This document shows positions 46,163 through 55,759 of a DNA stretch of 64,000 nucleotides, piece by piece. The notes under the pieces were generated by a model that worked only from the letters and a program-made list of their open reading frames with translations, had not been told where the DNA came from and ran no database searches. The position numbers were made by a program, and so were the translations under genes. The stretch lies in sequence record PZ379074.1, one strand, 5' to 3'. Origin of the DNA: a phage. Position 1 is the stretch's first letter. Every line of letters begins with the position of its first letter.

Positions 46163-47430
46163 GTGCACAATATTCTTACATAGTAAGCACTGGTGTAATA
46201 ACCATCGACACAGCCGATTTGCTGGCTGACGTTCAAAGTGAATGGATTGAGTCATTAGGGGTCGGGCTTGACGTTGATGCCTCGACACCGCAAGGCACCC
46301 TAATCGCAACGGAGACTTTGGCAAGAACTTCAGTGATGAAGAACAACGCCGAGCTGGGAAGTCTCATCAACCCAAATTATTCGTATGGCGTATACCTTGA
46401 TGCCATCGCGGCATTGCTTGGGATTGAGCGAACTAAAAACATCAGCACGATGCTAAAAGGAATTACCGCAGAAGGAACGCCGCTGTTGGAAATTCCTGCT
46501 GGAAGTTTGCTGACGGATTCAAATGGTACATACTGGTATGTTCTGGAAGACGTTCAAATCGCTTCGACTGGCAAGACAAGCAACATGACTCTTGCATCAA
46601 AAGAGTATGGCTCATTTACTGTTGCGCCTGATGAAGAGTTTACCGTGGTGCAAGGCTATGACGTCATCGGATGGTCAAGAACGTATTCAACATCAGCAAC
46701 GACAACCGTGCCAGGTACGCAATACATGGGCGACGGAGCGTTAAAGGCCGCTCGCGTTAAGCGCCTTTACCAGCAGGGAATTGCATCGCTTGGTGCCATT
46801 CGCGCTCGTGCCATGTCGGTCGACGGCGTGGAATCGGTGATGGTCGTGGAGAATGACACGGGATTGCCTGGAACGGTGCGCGGCATCACCTTTTCAACGC
46901 CTAACGGTGTCTGGGTGTGCGCAAGCGGAACGTTCGATAAGCAAGTTTTTGCTGAGACTATTTTCAAGGCAAAGATGGGTGGCCAGCCGTGGGACTTTGG
47001 TGCTACCAACCAGGGTGATCCAGTCAACTCGCCTGATGGAATAGAAGTTGTCGACGAAGAATCGCAACTGTCTTATTTCGTAAAGTTCAACACTGCTGTC
47101 ATATATGACTTGTATGTCGACATTACTGTTGTAAGAGGCACCGCAACCGCCGATGCCGAATCTATTATTGCCGCTGTGTTGAATTACGGTAATGGAAATT
47201 TTAACGGCGAGCAAGGATATGCAGTGGGTCAATCTCAATCTTCTTTTGAGATTGCTTCAGCAGTGTCTTGCGAGTATCCAGGTCTGTACATTAAAGATTG
47301 CAAAATTGCAGCAGTTCAAAGCGGACAGGCAGCGCCAAATTATCCATCCGATTACGGCAGCGAGTGGATTGCCAATCCTTGGGATAAGGCTAATACTATG
47401 CGCGGCTTCATCAACGTTAAATTTGTGTGA
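46159..47430 (+). CDS. Baseplate J-like protein
   Basis: 423-aa ORF; size and position between spike and fiber genes. Confidence 0.65.
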   Translation: MSAQYSYIVSTGVITIDTADLLADVQSEWIESLGVGLDVDASTPQGTLIATETLARTSVMKNNAELGSLINPNYSYGVYLDAIAALLGIERTKNISTMLKGITAEGTPLLEIPAGSLLTDSNGTYWYVLEDVQIASTGKTSNMTLASKEYGSFTVAPDEEFTVVQGYDVIGWSRTYSTSATTTVPGTQYMGDGALKAARVKRLYQQGIASLGAIRARAMSVDGVESVMVVENDTGLPGTVRGITFSTPNGVWVCASGTFDKQVFAETIFKAKMGGQPWDFGATNQGDPVNSPDGIEVVDEESQLSYFVKFNTAVIYDLYVDITVVRGTATADAESIIAAVLNYGNGNFNGEQGYAVGQSQSSFEIASAVSCEYPGLYIKDCKIAAVQSGQAAPNYPSDYGSEWIANPWDKANTMRGFINVKFV

Positions 47431-47436
47431 GGAACT

Positions 47437-50175
47437 ATGCAAAAGTTTGACACAAACCTGTTGCAAAACCTTAAGTGGATGCAGAACAATGCGCCAAACA
47501 TCACATCTTTGGTGCAAAAGAAAAGTGACTGGTATGAAAGATACCAAGATCAGTTTTGGACTGACTGGTACAATAACATTTTTAACATTGACACTTGTGA
47601 TGCAATGGGCATCTATATTTGGTGTGACATCCTATGCATACCAAGGGATTTTGTTGACTTAAGCAACTATGAGCACAACTGGGCGTTTGGACCCACACGC
47701 GACAACTTCGAAGGGCCGGAAAATATCGGCGGCAACTTCTTTGGTGCTGGCGGAAAGGTTGTGAAAAACATCGAAGAAGCCCGCATCCTTCTGAAGCTTC
47801 GTTATCTGACGCTTACAAGTGATGGTCGCATAGAAAGCATCAACCGTATGCTTAAGTGGATTTTCAACCGTGGAGAAGATTGGGATTACTCTTCATCGCG
47901 CTACGCATATGTTACAGATAATACTCAAGGCGCGGTGTCTTCTTCTGAAGCAACAAACGGCTCATTCCTTCTGTACGACTGGCAGGGGTCAACTGAGATT
48001 CAGCACGATTATAAGCAGATACTTTTAAGCCATGGCAACAATGCCGGACTGACCATCAGCGGAGTATCAGGCACCGTGTCACGGATGGCGCATCCAGATT
48101 GGTACTCATGGGGGAATGGTTCCGGCACAGGCCTTGTCGGTGGCGACACCAGACAGTACGGCGGCCCTGATTACTATGGACAGTTGTGTGGCGATTACCC
48201 AGGTGAGGCAATAGAGAATTTTGCCAACGCAGTAAGGGTCGTCAAGACGGCTTCAAGCGGTGAGCCTGTGTATTCTTTGGCTAATAATCCAAGCGCACAG
48301 TCAATTGCCCTTCCTTCGCAGGCTGGCGTTAACGTTTGCTATAGCTTCTACATAAAGGTGCTTTCTGAAAACGTCGCTTCTGTTTCTGTTACAGAGAATA
48401 GTGATGCATCGAGCAATGGAAAGCTGTTTGACCCCGTCACTGGCCAGTTCAACTTGGACCCGTCATTGAGCTATTTCATCAAAGGCAAATTCGATGGAGT
48501 AAGAAGGGAATCAAACCGTGGTGGCATAAAAGCAATTGGCGGCGATTGGTATCGAATCTGGATTGTAGAACAAACTGCGAACGCGACAGCTGGGGTAAAC
48601 ACAAGCTTTTCAATAGAGTTGAAGGCGACTGCCGCTGGATCAACTCAGACTCGTGAATTGCCTGAAGGGTCTGATGCACTTCTTTTTGGATACTCGATTT
48701 GCGTCTGCGACCCTGTTCAGAATCCAAATGGACCTGAGCCTTATTTCTATGGGACTCAAAATCCTCCTGCAGATGGAACGGCAATCCTGTCTGTTACGGC
48801 AGGAACGCTCAACAACATATCTTGCGCAAACGGTCCGTTGACCACAAGGGATGGCGTGGTAGGTGAATCATTCATGCAGCCTGGTTCATCGCTTGCATAC
48901 TCTGGTTCAATCGGCGGCTACCCGTACCCAGGAAACGCAACATTGATTGCAGAGACAGATGGAATCAGACGCTCATGGAACGTTAGCAGGCTTGATGGAG
49001 TACCGCCGCCGCCGACCGCTGACTATTACATGGAATATGTCATCGGGCCTTATTTCGCCAACAACTTATCCGACAACTTTAAGACGCTAGTTGGCGACAG
49101 GAATGAAGGATTCTTGCCAGCAAATGCCGGAATACGTTGGCAGCTTTACCAAGAAGTCGCAGACTTATCTGATATTGATTTGACCGTCAGCAACATAACA
49201 GACACGCGAGTAGGATTCGAAACGGAAGGTGTCGCATGGATTAACACTGACGGCATCATCAGAGTTGGCGGCATAAACGAGTGGCCGTTGAACAACTTCA
49301 AAGGTGTTATACGACAGCTTGAATCTTTGAAAGGTGTGAACCAAGTTATCGACGGCGCACTTGTCAACGACTATTCAATCTCAAAAGCATCAAGAGATGA
49401 TTTTGGTCGTGAAATCCCACGTGCCGCGATCACAAACTACTGGCGATACACACAGCCCAATGACGGCACATCTTTTGGAAATATCGTCAAGGACGGAGAT
49501 AACACGGTAACGGCGACGCCAATCAGCGGTGTGCCCAACCAGTTCCCATCATTCAAGCTTTCCGCTACAATAGGGACTGTGCCAGCGTCCGGCTATGCAC
49601 GTGCTGTACTTGCTACTAAATACACTGGCAACCTGACTGGTCCTTTGTCATTTATCGCAATAGTTAAAAACAACACGGTAAACGGTCAAAAACTTTTCGT
49701 AACCGTACCGGATGGTATGGGCGGCTATATCCCTAAATTCTACAGCATAGGCGCAGGTGATTTGCAACGTATCGAAATTGACCTTGCCGCTGAGATTGTT
49801 GCAGGAACGACTTGGGATGGTTCGACAGGTGGAATCAGCATTGGTTTGATATCAGGGAAGGATTTGCCGACCGAAGTTGGTACGACTCTTGAACTTGATA
49901 TTTTAAGCTTGATGCTTGTTTCTGGTAATACGATGAATGCGCTTGCGATTTCAACAAGCGAAGACTTTGCAAAGAAAACTGCAACTTCTATATACATCAA
50001 AAACCCAGGGTCACTGGCGACTGGAGTTCAATTGATAGCTTCGAATGGGGATGTTGTAGCGACAGTAAACTTTCCAAGAAGTGCTGCTGGCGGTTATGTT
50101 TCAAGCATGAATATAACTGACTTAACTGGTGATTGGGCATCAACCCTTTTATCAAAAATTAAATACATCGTGTAG
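47437..50175 (+). CDS. Large baseplate wedge / tail fiber structural protein
   Basis: 912-aa ORF, RBS TGAGGA. Confidence 0.65.
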   Translation: MQKFDTNLLQNLKWMQNNAPNITSLVQKKSDWYERYQDQFWTDWYNNIFNIDTCDAMGIYIWCDILCIPRDFVDLSNYEHNWAFGPTRDNFEGPENIGGNFFGAGGKVVKNIEEARILLKLRYLTLTSDGRIESINRMLKWIFNRGEDWDYSSSRYAYVTDNTQGAVSSSEATNGSFLLYDWQGSTEIQHDYKQILLSHGNNAGLTISGVSGTVSRMAHPDWYSWGNGSGTGLVGGDTRQYGGPDYYGQLCGDYPGEAIENFANAVRVVKTASSGEPVYSLANNPSAQSIALPSQAGVNVCYSFYIKVLSENVASVSVTENSDASSNGKLFDPVTGQFNLDPSLSYFIKGKFDGVRRESNRGGIKAIGGDWYRIWIVEQTANATAGVNTSFSIELKATAAGSTQTRELPEGSDALLFGYSICVCDPVQNPNGPEPYFYGTQNPPADGTAILSVTAGTLNNISCANGPLTTRDGVVGESFMQPGSSLAYSGSIGGYPYPGNATLIAETDGIRRSWNVSRLDGVPPPPTADYYMEYVIGPYFANNLSDNFKTLVGDRNEGFLPANAGIRWQLYQEVADLSDIDLTVSNITDTRVGFETEGVAWINTDGIIRVGGINEWPLNNFKGVIRQLESLKGVNQVIDGALVNDYSISKASRDDFGREIPRAAITNYWRYTQPNDGTSFGNIVKDGDNTVTATPISGVPNQFPSFKLSATIGTVPASGYARAVLATKYTGNLTGPLSFIAIVKNNTVNGQKLFVTVPDGMGGYIPKFYSIGAGDLQRIEIDLAAEIVAGTTWDGSTGGISIGLISGKDLPTEVGTTLELDILSLMLVSGNTMNALAISTSEDFAKKTATSIYIKNPGSLATGVQLIASNGDVVATVNFPRSAAGGYVSSMNITDLTGDWASTLLSKIKYIV

Positions 50176-50185
50176 AGGAACGGCA

Positions 50186-51973
50186 ATGCCAACACTTATT
50201 AACAGACCTTTCGCGCAAAGCGGTGATGTATCCGTGGTGCCGGATGCAAGCCCAAGCGGTTATGTAAACTTCCAGCGCGGCTACACCCCTGACTATGCGC
50301 TTGCTCTGGAGGCTGGAAACGTCGCCGCGAAAGCTGTTGAGCGCGAATCGATGAACTGGTTGCTGAATTTGATCACAGACAACCTTATGTTTATTCAAGA
50401 TCATGGCGCTCAACAATATTTCTCTTCTGACTTGAAGCCTGATGGATACCCGAAAAATGCCATCGTTGTCAGCAACTCTGGAACGCCTTCAGCACCTGAG
50501 TGGCGCATCTTTCAGAGCGTGGTCGACGGCAACACAAGCGCCGTACCAGCTAACGGAGAAACGGAATCTTGGCAGGAATTAACACTGCCCAGCGAAGCGC
50601 GAAAATACATTCCGATGCCTGCTGGCGGCGATGCGCAAAACCCGTACTTTGTTCGCGGATTGATTTCAAGTTTTGTGGACTTCGATAACATCACGACATC
50701 CACAACTATCGTCATTCAATCCGATGCCGTCGCCGCTCTGTGCTCTAACATCCCGAATGCGGTTGGCGCAACGAAGGTTGCAGGTCGACTGCAGGCCTGC
50801 GCTTGGCAGGTCGATGCGCAAACCTTTGCCTTGCAGCAATATACATCAATGAATGGCTATTTGTTTACTCGCTCTTATACTTCTGGTGCTTGGAGTGCTT
50901 GGATTCAAAATGCCACTGTTCAAGATGTGCAAATTGGAACGCCGAATCTTGCATCAGGTAAAGGTGCGCAAGATATAATTCTCACCGTTCCAGCAGGGTA
51001 TTCATGGCCTCCGTCAGCAGGTAGTCGCCTGACAATCGTCAATGATGTAACGACTACCGGACCTGTCACCGTGACCATTGGTGTAAACAAAGTTGCCGTT
51101 CTTGGATTCGACGGCGGCGAGTTGCCAGCTGGCGCTATCGTAGGATTGCTGCCATTCACCATCATTTATGACGGAACTGTTTGGCGTCTCCTTCAGGCGT
51201 TTGGCGCGGCGCAAATCGGCGTTGATGCTACTGAGCCGCAACAGTTTGTTACAAAGCGCCAACTCGATGCTTTGGCTGCGAAGTTGATCACTATGGGTGA
51301 TGTGTTCGAAGTCGGTGAGACTCGATTCCTCACCAACGGGACCAACCCGAATACTAAACTGGGCGCTTACGGCCAGGTATGGACACGACTGCCTGATAAC
51401 ATGGTGATTCGCACGTCCGGCGCTGCACGAAACGGTCTTGATACAGGCGGAGCAGACTCTGTTACCCTTACCGCCGCCATGCTTCCTCTCCACAATCACA
51501 GCGTGAACATTACCACGCGACAAAGTGGTCCATGGTCCAATACCACTGGAGACGCAGGCAACCACAACCACACAGGCGATACCAGTCAAAACGGCGCTCA
51601 CGTGCACGGAATGGACACGGCAGGCAACCACCACCATGACAGTAGCTGGGGTGAAGCCAATACTAGCGATGCGCGGTACGGCGTTTATGATGGGACACAC
51701 AACAACTTCGGAAGTCGCAAAGGCGGCGACTGGGATAACTACAAATACAATACGTCAACTAATGGCAACCACGTTCATAATATTCAATCTTCTGGATCAC
51801 ACACCCATGGGTTGAATATAAATTACGCTGGCAATCACAGCCACAGCTATACCCTTCCCGCTCACACTCACGATGTGGTCGGTAACACTGGCAATGCAGG
51901 GCAGTCGGTGCCAACGGCTGTTGCGACTTTGCCGCGATACGTTGTTTTGAATGGCTGGTACAGAAGCGCATAA
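50186..51973 (+). CDS. Tail fiber protein with C-terminal HxH repeat (metal-binding-like) tip
   Basis: ATG at 50186 after AGAGGA; C-terminal NHNHTGD, AHVHGMD, NHHHDSS, HVHNIQSSGSHTHGLN, NHSHSYTLPAHTHDV. Confidence 0.7.
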   Translation: MPTLINRPFAQSGDVSVVPDASPSGYVNFQRGYTPDYALALEAGNVAAKAVERESMNWLLNLITDNLMFIQDHGAQQYFSSDLKPDGYPKNAIVVSNSGTPSAPEWRIFQSVVDGNTSAVPANGETESWQELTLPSEARKYIPMPAGGDAQNPYFVRGLISSFVDFDNITTSTTIVIQSDAVAALCSNIPNAVGATKVAGRLQACAWQVDAQTFALQQYTSMNGYLFTRSYTSGAWSAWIQNATVQDVQIGTPNLASGKGAQDIILTVPAGYSWPPSAGSRLTIVNDVTTTGPVTVTIGVNKVAVLGFDGGELPAGAIVGLLPFTIIYDGTVWRLLQAFGAAQIGVDATEPQQFVTKRQLDALAAKLITMGDVFEVGETRFLTNGTNPNTKLGAYGQVWTRLPDNMVIRTSGAARNGLDTGGADSVTLTAAMLPLHNHSVNITTRQSGPWSNTTGDAGNHNHTGDTSQNGAHVHGMDTAGNHHHDSSWGEANTSDARYGVYDGTHNNFGSRKGGDWDNYKYNTSTNGNHVHNIQSSGSHTHGLNINYAGNHSHSYTLPAHTHDVVGNTGNAGQSVPTAVATLPRYVVLNGWYRSA

Positions 51974-51981
51974 GGTGATTT

Positions 51982-52626
51982 ATGATTAATGCAAACGTAA
52001 TATCTAAAGGGACAGGATGCAGCACGGATATTGCAGAAAATTGGGTGGACCCTTTCAAGCAGGCTTGTGAGCACTACGGAATAAAAAGCAAGAATGCCAT
52101 TGCAGCATTCCTTGCAAACGTAGGAGTAGAGACGGGCGGCTTGAAGACCTTTGTGGAAAATCTCAACTACTCTGCACAGGGACTTGCCAATACATGGCCT
52201 AGTCGTTACAGCGTCAACGGTCGTGCTGGAAGCGCCCCGAACTCATTGGCCCTGTCGATTGCCCGTAAACCTGTGGAAATCGCCAATAATACATATGCAA
52301 ACCGCATGGGCAACGGTTCAGTAGCATCTGGCGACGGTTGGAAGTACCGTGGCCGTGGTGCCATTCAGCTGACTGGAAAGGCCAACTATGCGGAATATAC
52401 GCGTCAATCAGGCTATGATGCATTGAACAATCCTGATATTCTGACTGAACCAAAATACATTGCTGACAGCGCGGCATGGTTCTTTAAGAATAGCGGCTGT
52501 ATTCCTCTTGCGGATGCAGGAAATTTTGATTCAACCGTTAAGCGGATTAACGGGGCCGCGCCGAACGCGGCAAACCACGGTGAGTTGCGAAGAAAGCGTT
52601 ACAAAGATGCACTAGCAGTTATGTAA
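51982..52626 (+). CDS. Endolysin, glycoside hydrolase family 19 (chitinase-like lysozyme)
   Basis: YRGRGAIQLTGKANY matches GH19 signature; ETGGL motif. Confidence 0.85.
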   Translation: MINANVISKGTGCSTDIAENWVDPFKQACEHYGIKSKNAIAAFLANVGVETGGLKTFVENLNYSAQGLANTWPSRYSVNGRAGSAPNSLALSIARKPVEIANNTYANRMGNGSVASGDGWKYRGRGAIQLTGKANYAEYTRQSGYDALNNPDILTEPKYIADSAAWFFKNSGCIPLADAGNFDSTVKRINGAAPNAANHGELRRKRYKDALAVM

Positions 52627-52659
52627 GAAAAAGGCCCATATGGGCCTTTGTTTATTTTA
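52627..52659. terminator. Bidirectional rho-independent terminator (GGCCCATATGGGCC flanked by A-run and T-run)
   Basis: Perfect palindromic stem followed by TTTGTTTATTTT; between convergent genes. Confidence 0.7.
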
Positions 52660-52882
52660 CGGCTTCAACCTGGACGGGCGGAGCGGAACTTGTATCAATG
52701 TCTGGTAAGTCGAAATAATACCCCGCCATACCAATTGCACCCACAATCGCGGCCCGTGCCACCTTGTTGCTAATTGACTCCCCAATAAGCTTTACCAACA
52801 GGGACAAGATTTGAGACGTCAAAGCCTTTTTCAGCCTTTTGTTTTCTTCCAAATCTTTCTGCATAACTACCACCCATGTCAA
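52652..52882 (-). CDS. Hypothetical small protein
   Basis: 76-aa ORF, ATGA-coupled to upstream gene. Confidence 0.45.
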   Translation of the reverse strand: MTWVVVMQKDLEENKRLKKALTSQILSLLVKLIGESISNKVARAAIVGAIGMAGYYFDLPDIDTSSAPPVQVEAVK

Positions 52883-53421
52883 CGCACTTCCTGTGTCTTA
52901 ACATTACCTGAAGCATCTCTCAAGGGCAGTGGATAGTAGGCCATTTGGTAGTCTGATACGCCTTCAATGTGATAAAACACGATTACGTCTTTGCTGTTGA
53001 TGAGCATGTTAACGACATCTGATTTATCTTCTGGAGTGAGTATTAGTGCGCCGCCTGTCCTGCTGTCTACTGCAACAGGGTATGTCTTGTCGACAAGGCC
53101 GCTGTCCAATGTATTATACCTGACAACGATTTCAGGGGCATCAACTTTTACCATTGACATTCCGAACACAAACGACACGACTTGGCGACCGCGATCATTC
53201 ATTACGCACATCTTTTCCTTGTCAAACCTTTCCTTTATCACATCATATTTATTCCAGCAAAATTCGAACGATTGTCCGTTGTTAAAATATCTCGTTAACA
53301 CTTTGGCATTACTATTTGGCGGCGTAAACATACTTTCAGCCGCTGCACTTTTGGTGAAGAACAAGACTGTCAGCATAGCCATGATGGTGATCAAAACAAT
53401 CTTTAAAGTCTTCGATTTCAT
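52879..53421 (-). CDS. Secreted protein with N-terminal signal peptide
   Basis: RBS AAAGGTGA; MKSKTLKIVLITIMAMLTVLFFTKSAAAES. Confidence 0.5.
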   Translation of the reverse strand: MKSKTLKIVLITIMAMLTVLFFTKSAAAESMFTPPNSNAKVLTRYFNNGQSFEFCWNKYDVIKERFDKEKMCVMNDRGRQVVSFVFGMSMVKVDAPEIVVRYNTLDSGLVDKTYPVAVDSRTGGALILTPEDKSDVVNMLINSKDVIVFYHIEGVSDYQMAYYPLPLRDASGNVKTQEVR

Positions 53422-53496
53422 TATAATTCACCTTTTGATTACGAATATTAATAGTATAGGCCGAAGGTTTTGAAAGTAAATAAGGCGAAAGGTAAA

Positions 53497-53524
53497 TAAA
53501 AGAAAAGCCGGAGATTTCCGGCTT
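53497..53524 (-). terminator. Rho-independent terminator for the minus-strand ligase operon
   Basis: Hairpin AGCCGGA / TCCGGCT followed on the minus strand by TTTCTTTTATTT. Confidence 0.5.
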
Positions 53525-53597
53525 TATGTATACACTGTATATTAAATTCTATAAAACGACGCGATAGATTATCCGCACCAATTATTTATCTAGTGTC

Positions 53598-54560
53598 TTA
53601 AAAATACTCCATATCGGTAATATCACGGAAGCATTTATACAAAGCAGAGCGCGGCACATCAACAATGCCAAAGTTAAAGAATTTATACGTTAGATATTTA
53701 TCGCGATAGTTCTCGCGATTCTCCCAAAGCATTTTTCTCTCTGCCATAGGCATTGAACCAGCGGATACGCGGAAAGGAATCATTTCACCTTGCTCATCCA
53801 CATATTTTGGATTGACGACTACGAATGAGCCAAGGTATCCTTTCGCAACTAAACCTTCAGCCTCTTTTGAACGCTTGGTGCGACCCAATTCGTCAATGAA
53901 TGCTTCGTTGTTGTTCTCCATCATCTCAACGAAGTCTATGATCAGTCCTTCTTCATCGGTCCACGGCTTGTCCTTCCACACATCACGTGACTTTGGCGTC
54001 GCGCGGCCATGCTTGTATTTGCCCGTCCAAGACTTGCCATACAAGCCTTCATAGCCAAGCTGGTCTGCTTCGATTTGCATCGCCGCGTACTGTTCCATAT
54101 TTTCGATGTTTCGATATTCGAGAGCGCGAAGGAATGGGCGTCGACCATGGTTGATGAGGTGCTGATTGACTTCAGCAACTCTAGCGCGATATTTTGCATA
54201 ACGCTTTTCAAAAGGCAAATCAGGGTTGCTGAAGTCATCAAACACCCACCATGTAAAGTTAGTGATTGCATCAGTGTTCATGCATGCAGTATAGGCCTGT
54301 TGCATGACGTTCTTGTCGTTCGGATTACCGTCAATTAGCTCTCCATCAAGTCCGTGAATTAGTTCACCCAAAAAGAGGAACTCTTTTTTGATTTGAACGT
54401 TGCGCAACGGCATGCCGGAAGTGCCCATTGGCAAGTTGTCATACGCCATTGCGCGTATGCCATCGACCTTGAATGACAGTCCGCAAGGCAGCGGAACGTC
54501 CTCGCCGCGCTCGATAATCTGCTTACGTTGGCAACCCTTCATTGGTTTTAATGCTGTCAT
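53598..54560 (-). CDS. ATP-dependent DNA ligase
   Basis: 320-aa ORF; adenylation motif KVDGIR (KxDG), LDGELI and EGLVAK nucleotidyltransferase motifs. Confidence 0.8.
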   Translation of the reverse strand: MTALKPMKGCQRKQIIERGEDVPLPCGLSFKVDGIRAMAYDNLPMGTSGMPLRNVQIKKEFLFLGELIHGLDGELIDGNPNDKNVMQQAYTACMNTDAITNFTWWVFDDFSNPDLPFEKRYAKYRARVAEVNQHLINHGRRPFLRALEYRNIENMEQYAAMQIEADQLGYEGLYGKSWTGKYKHGRATPKSRDVWKDKPWTDEEGLIIDFVEMMENNNEAFIDELGRTKRSKEAEGLVAKGYLGSFVVVNPKYVDEQGEMIPFRVSAGSMPMAERKMLWENRENYRDKYLTYKFFNFGIVDVPRSALYKCFRDITDMEYF

Positions 54561-54562
54561 AA

Positions 54563-55186
54563 TTATTGTCCTGTAACTTCTCTGATCACACGGTCTTCAA
54601 GTTCCAGCTTCTTTACCATTTTGCAGGAGTGCTCATAAGCTGGATCAGTAGATTTGATGAACGTTCCGTTGTACATGACACCTTTGCGGTCCTTGATGTC
54701 TTCGTAGGCCGCTTGCGCACAGTCGGATAAGCGAAGGCCATAATCATGAGCTACGCCGGAAAGGTAATCGACTGCGGCCATGATGGTGACGTCAATATCC
54801 ATGGTCTGATTCTTAGCAATAGCATCACCAAGCCGTCCAAGGGTCTTTGCCAGGCGAAGGATGAATGAATGAGGGTGAGCGCCTTTATCAGCACAACCGC
54901 CGCCATTAATGTTTTCGATTTCAGTACCGTTTTGCGCCGCCAGGATGGTCAACACAACAAGACAATCGCCAATGTCGTCCTTGATTGCAGCTTGCAAGTC
55001 ACAGATGGCCTGCTCTGTATATCCAATTTCAGGGTCGAAGAACACAAGGTCATGGAGTTGATCAACGTGGTCGGTTAACTCCCCAAACTCGCTGATAAGT
55101 TTCGGGTATTGGTCCTTAAGGTCGCAACCTTGGATGATGTTACGGTCAGAAGCCCACTGGCGAATGTTTGCATAAATCTGTTTCAT
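54563..55186 (-). CDS. MazG-like nucleoside triphosphate pyrophosphohydrolase (candidate)
   Basis: 207-aa ORF; LISEFGELTDHV resembles MazG EExxE-type motif; weak. Confidence 0.45.
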   Translation of the reverse strand: MKQIYANIRQWASDRNIIQGCDLKDQYPKLISEFGELTDHVDQLHDLVFFDPEIGYTEQAICDLQAAIKDDIGDCLVVLTILAAQNGTEIENINGGGCADKGAHPHSFILRLAKTLGRLGDAIAKNQTMDIDVTIMAAVDYLSGVAHDYGLRLSDCAQAAYEDIKDRKGVMYNGTFIKSTDPAYEHSCKMVKKLELEDRVIREVTGQ

Positions 55187-55702
55187 TTATTTTTCCTTTG
55201 ATGCATTGAATTGATCGATTTTTATTTTAGCCTGATTATAAGTATCAATCAAGCTATTAACTTTCTCTTTTAATCGATTTGTTTCTGCGGCGAACTGAAC
55301 AAGAAATCTGACATCCTCTTCTGATAGTCCACAGTTTCCTTCTGGGATAGAGAGGCGTCCAGTGGTCGCAGAGTCGGGCACACTCCTGAGTAACTCACGG
55401 GAGCAGCTGAGTTGCTCGCGCAACTTGACATTCCCAGACTTGTAACGAGCAATAGTGTCATCAGCAACCAGTTGCGCTTCCTGGCGACCCTTCTCATATG
55501 CCGATGCCGATTCAACCTGTAAAGTTGCAATTTGCTCTTCGAGTGCATTTATCTTGTCCTTACGCTCATTAAGCGATGTCAGATATTGATTATCCTTGGC
55601 CAGTGATGCGTTGGTTTGCTGCAGGTCTTCAACGTATGATCCAGCGGCAAACGCGCCAACAAGGGCCAGAATCTTCAGGAGCGGTACAATTCTTTCTATC
55701 AT
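55187..55702 (-). CDS. Membrane-anchored coiled-coil protein (i-spanin-like candidate)
   Basis: N-terminal TM IVPLLKILALVGAFAAGSYV followed by coiled-coil; contains an embedded alternate-frame ORF. Confidence 0.45.
   Translation of the reverse strand: MIERIVPLLKILALVGAFAAGSYVEDLQQTNASLAKDNQYLTSLNERKDKINALEEQIATLQVESASAYEKGRQEAQLVADDTIARYKSGNVKLREQLSCSRELLRSVPDSATTGRLSIPEGNCGLSEEDVRFLVQFAAETNRLKEKVNSLIDTYNQAKIKIDQFNASKEK
55270..55497 (-). CDS. Embedded ORF inside the i-spanin-like gene: lipoprotein-like (o-spanin candidate)
   Basis: MRRVARKRNWLLMTLLLVTSLGMSSCAS: basic n-region, hydrophobic core, Cys; Pro-containing short mature part; speculative. Confidence 0.25.
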   Translation of the reverse strand: MRRVARKRNWLLMTLLLVTSLGMSSCASNSAAPVSYSGVCPTLRPLDASLSQKETVDYQKRMSDFLFSSPQKQID

Positions 55703-55759
55703 GATGCACCAGATAAATAAAAGGCCGCCAATCGGCAGCCTTGTTGATTTGATTGTCGA

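Noticed and set aside
51014-51700. Minus-strand ORF 51014..51700 (228 aa)
   Set aside because: Antisense to the His-rich tail fiber gene; Cys/Val-rich composition typical of antisense artefact.
47437-51973. Diversity-generating retroelement targeting the fiber genes
   Set aside because: No reverse-transcriptase ORF and no template/variable repeat pair noticed near the fiber C-termini.
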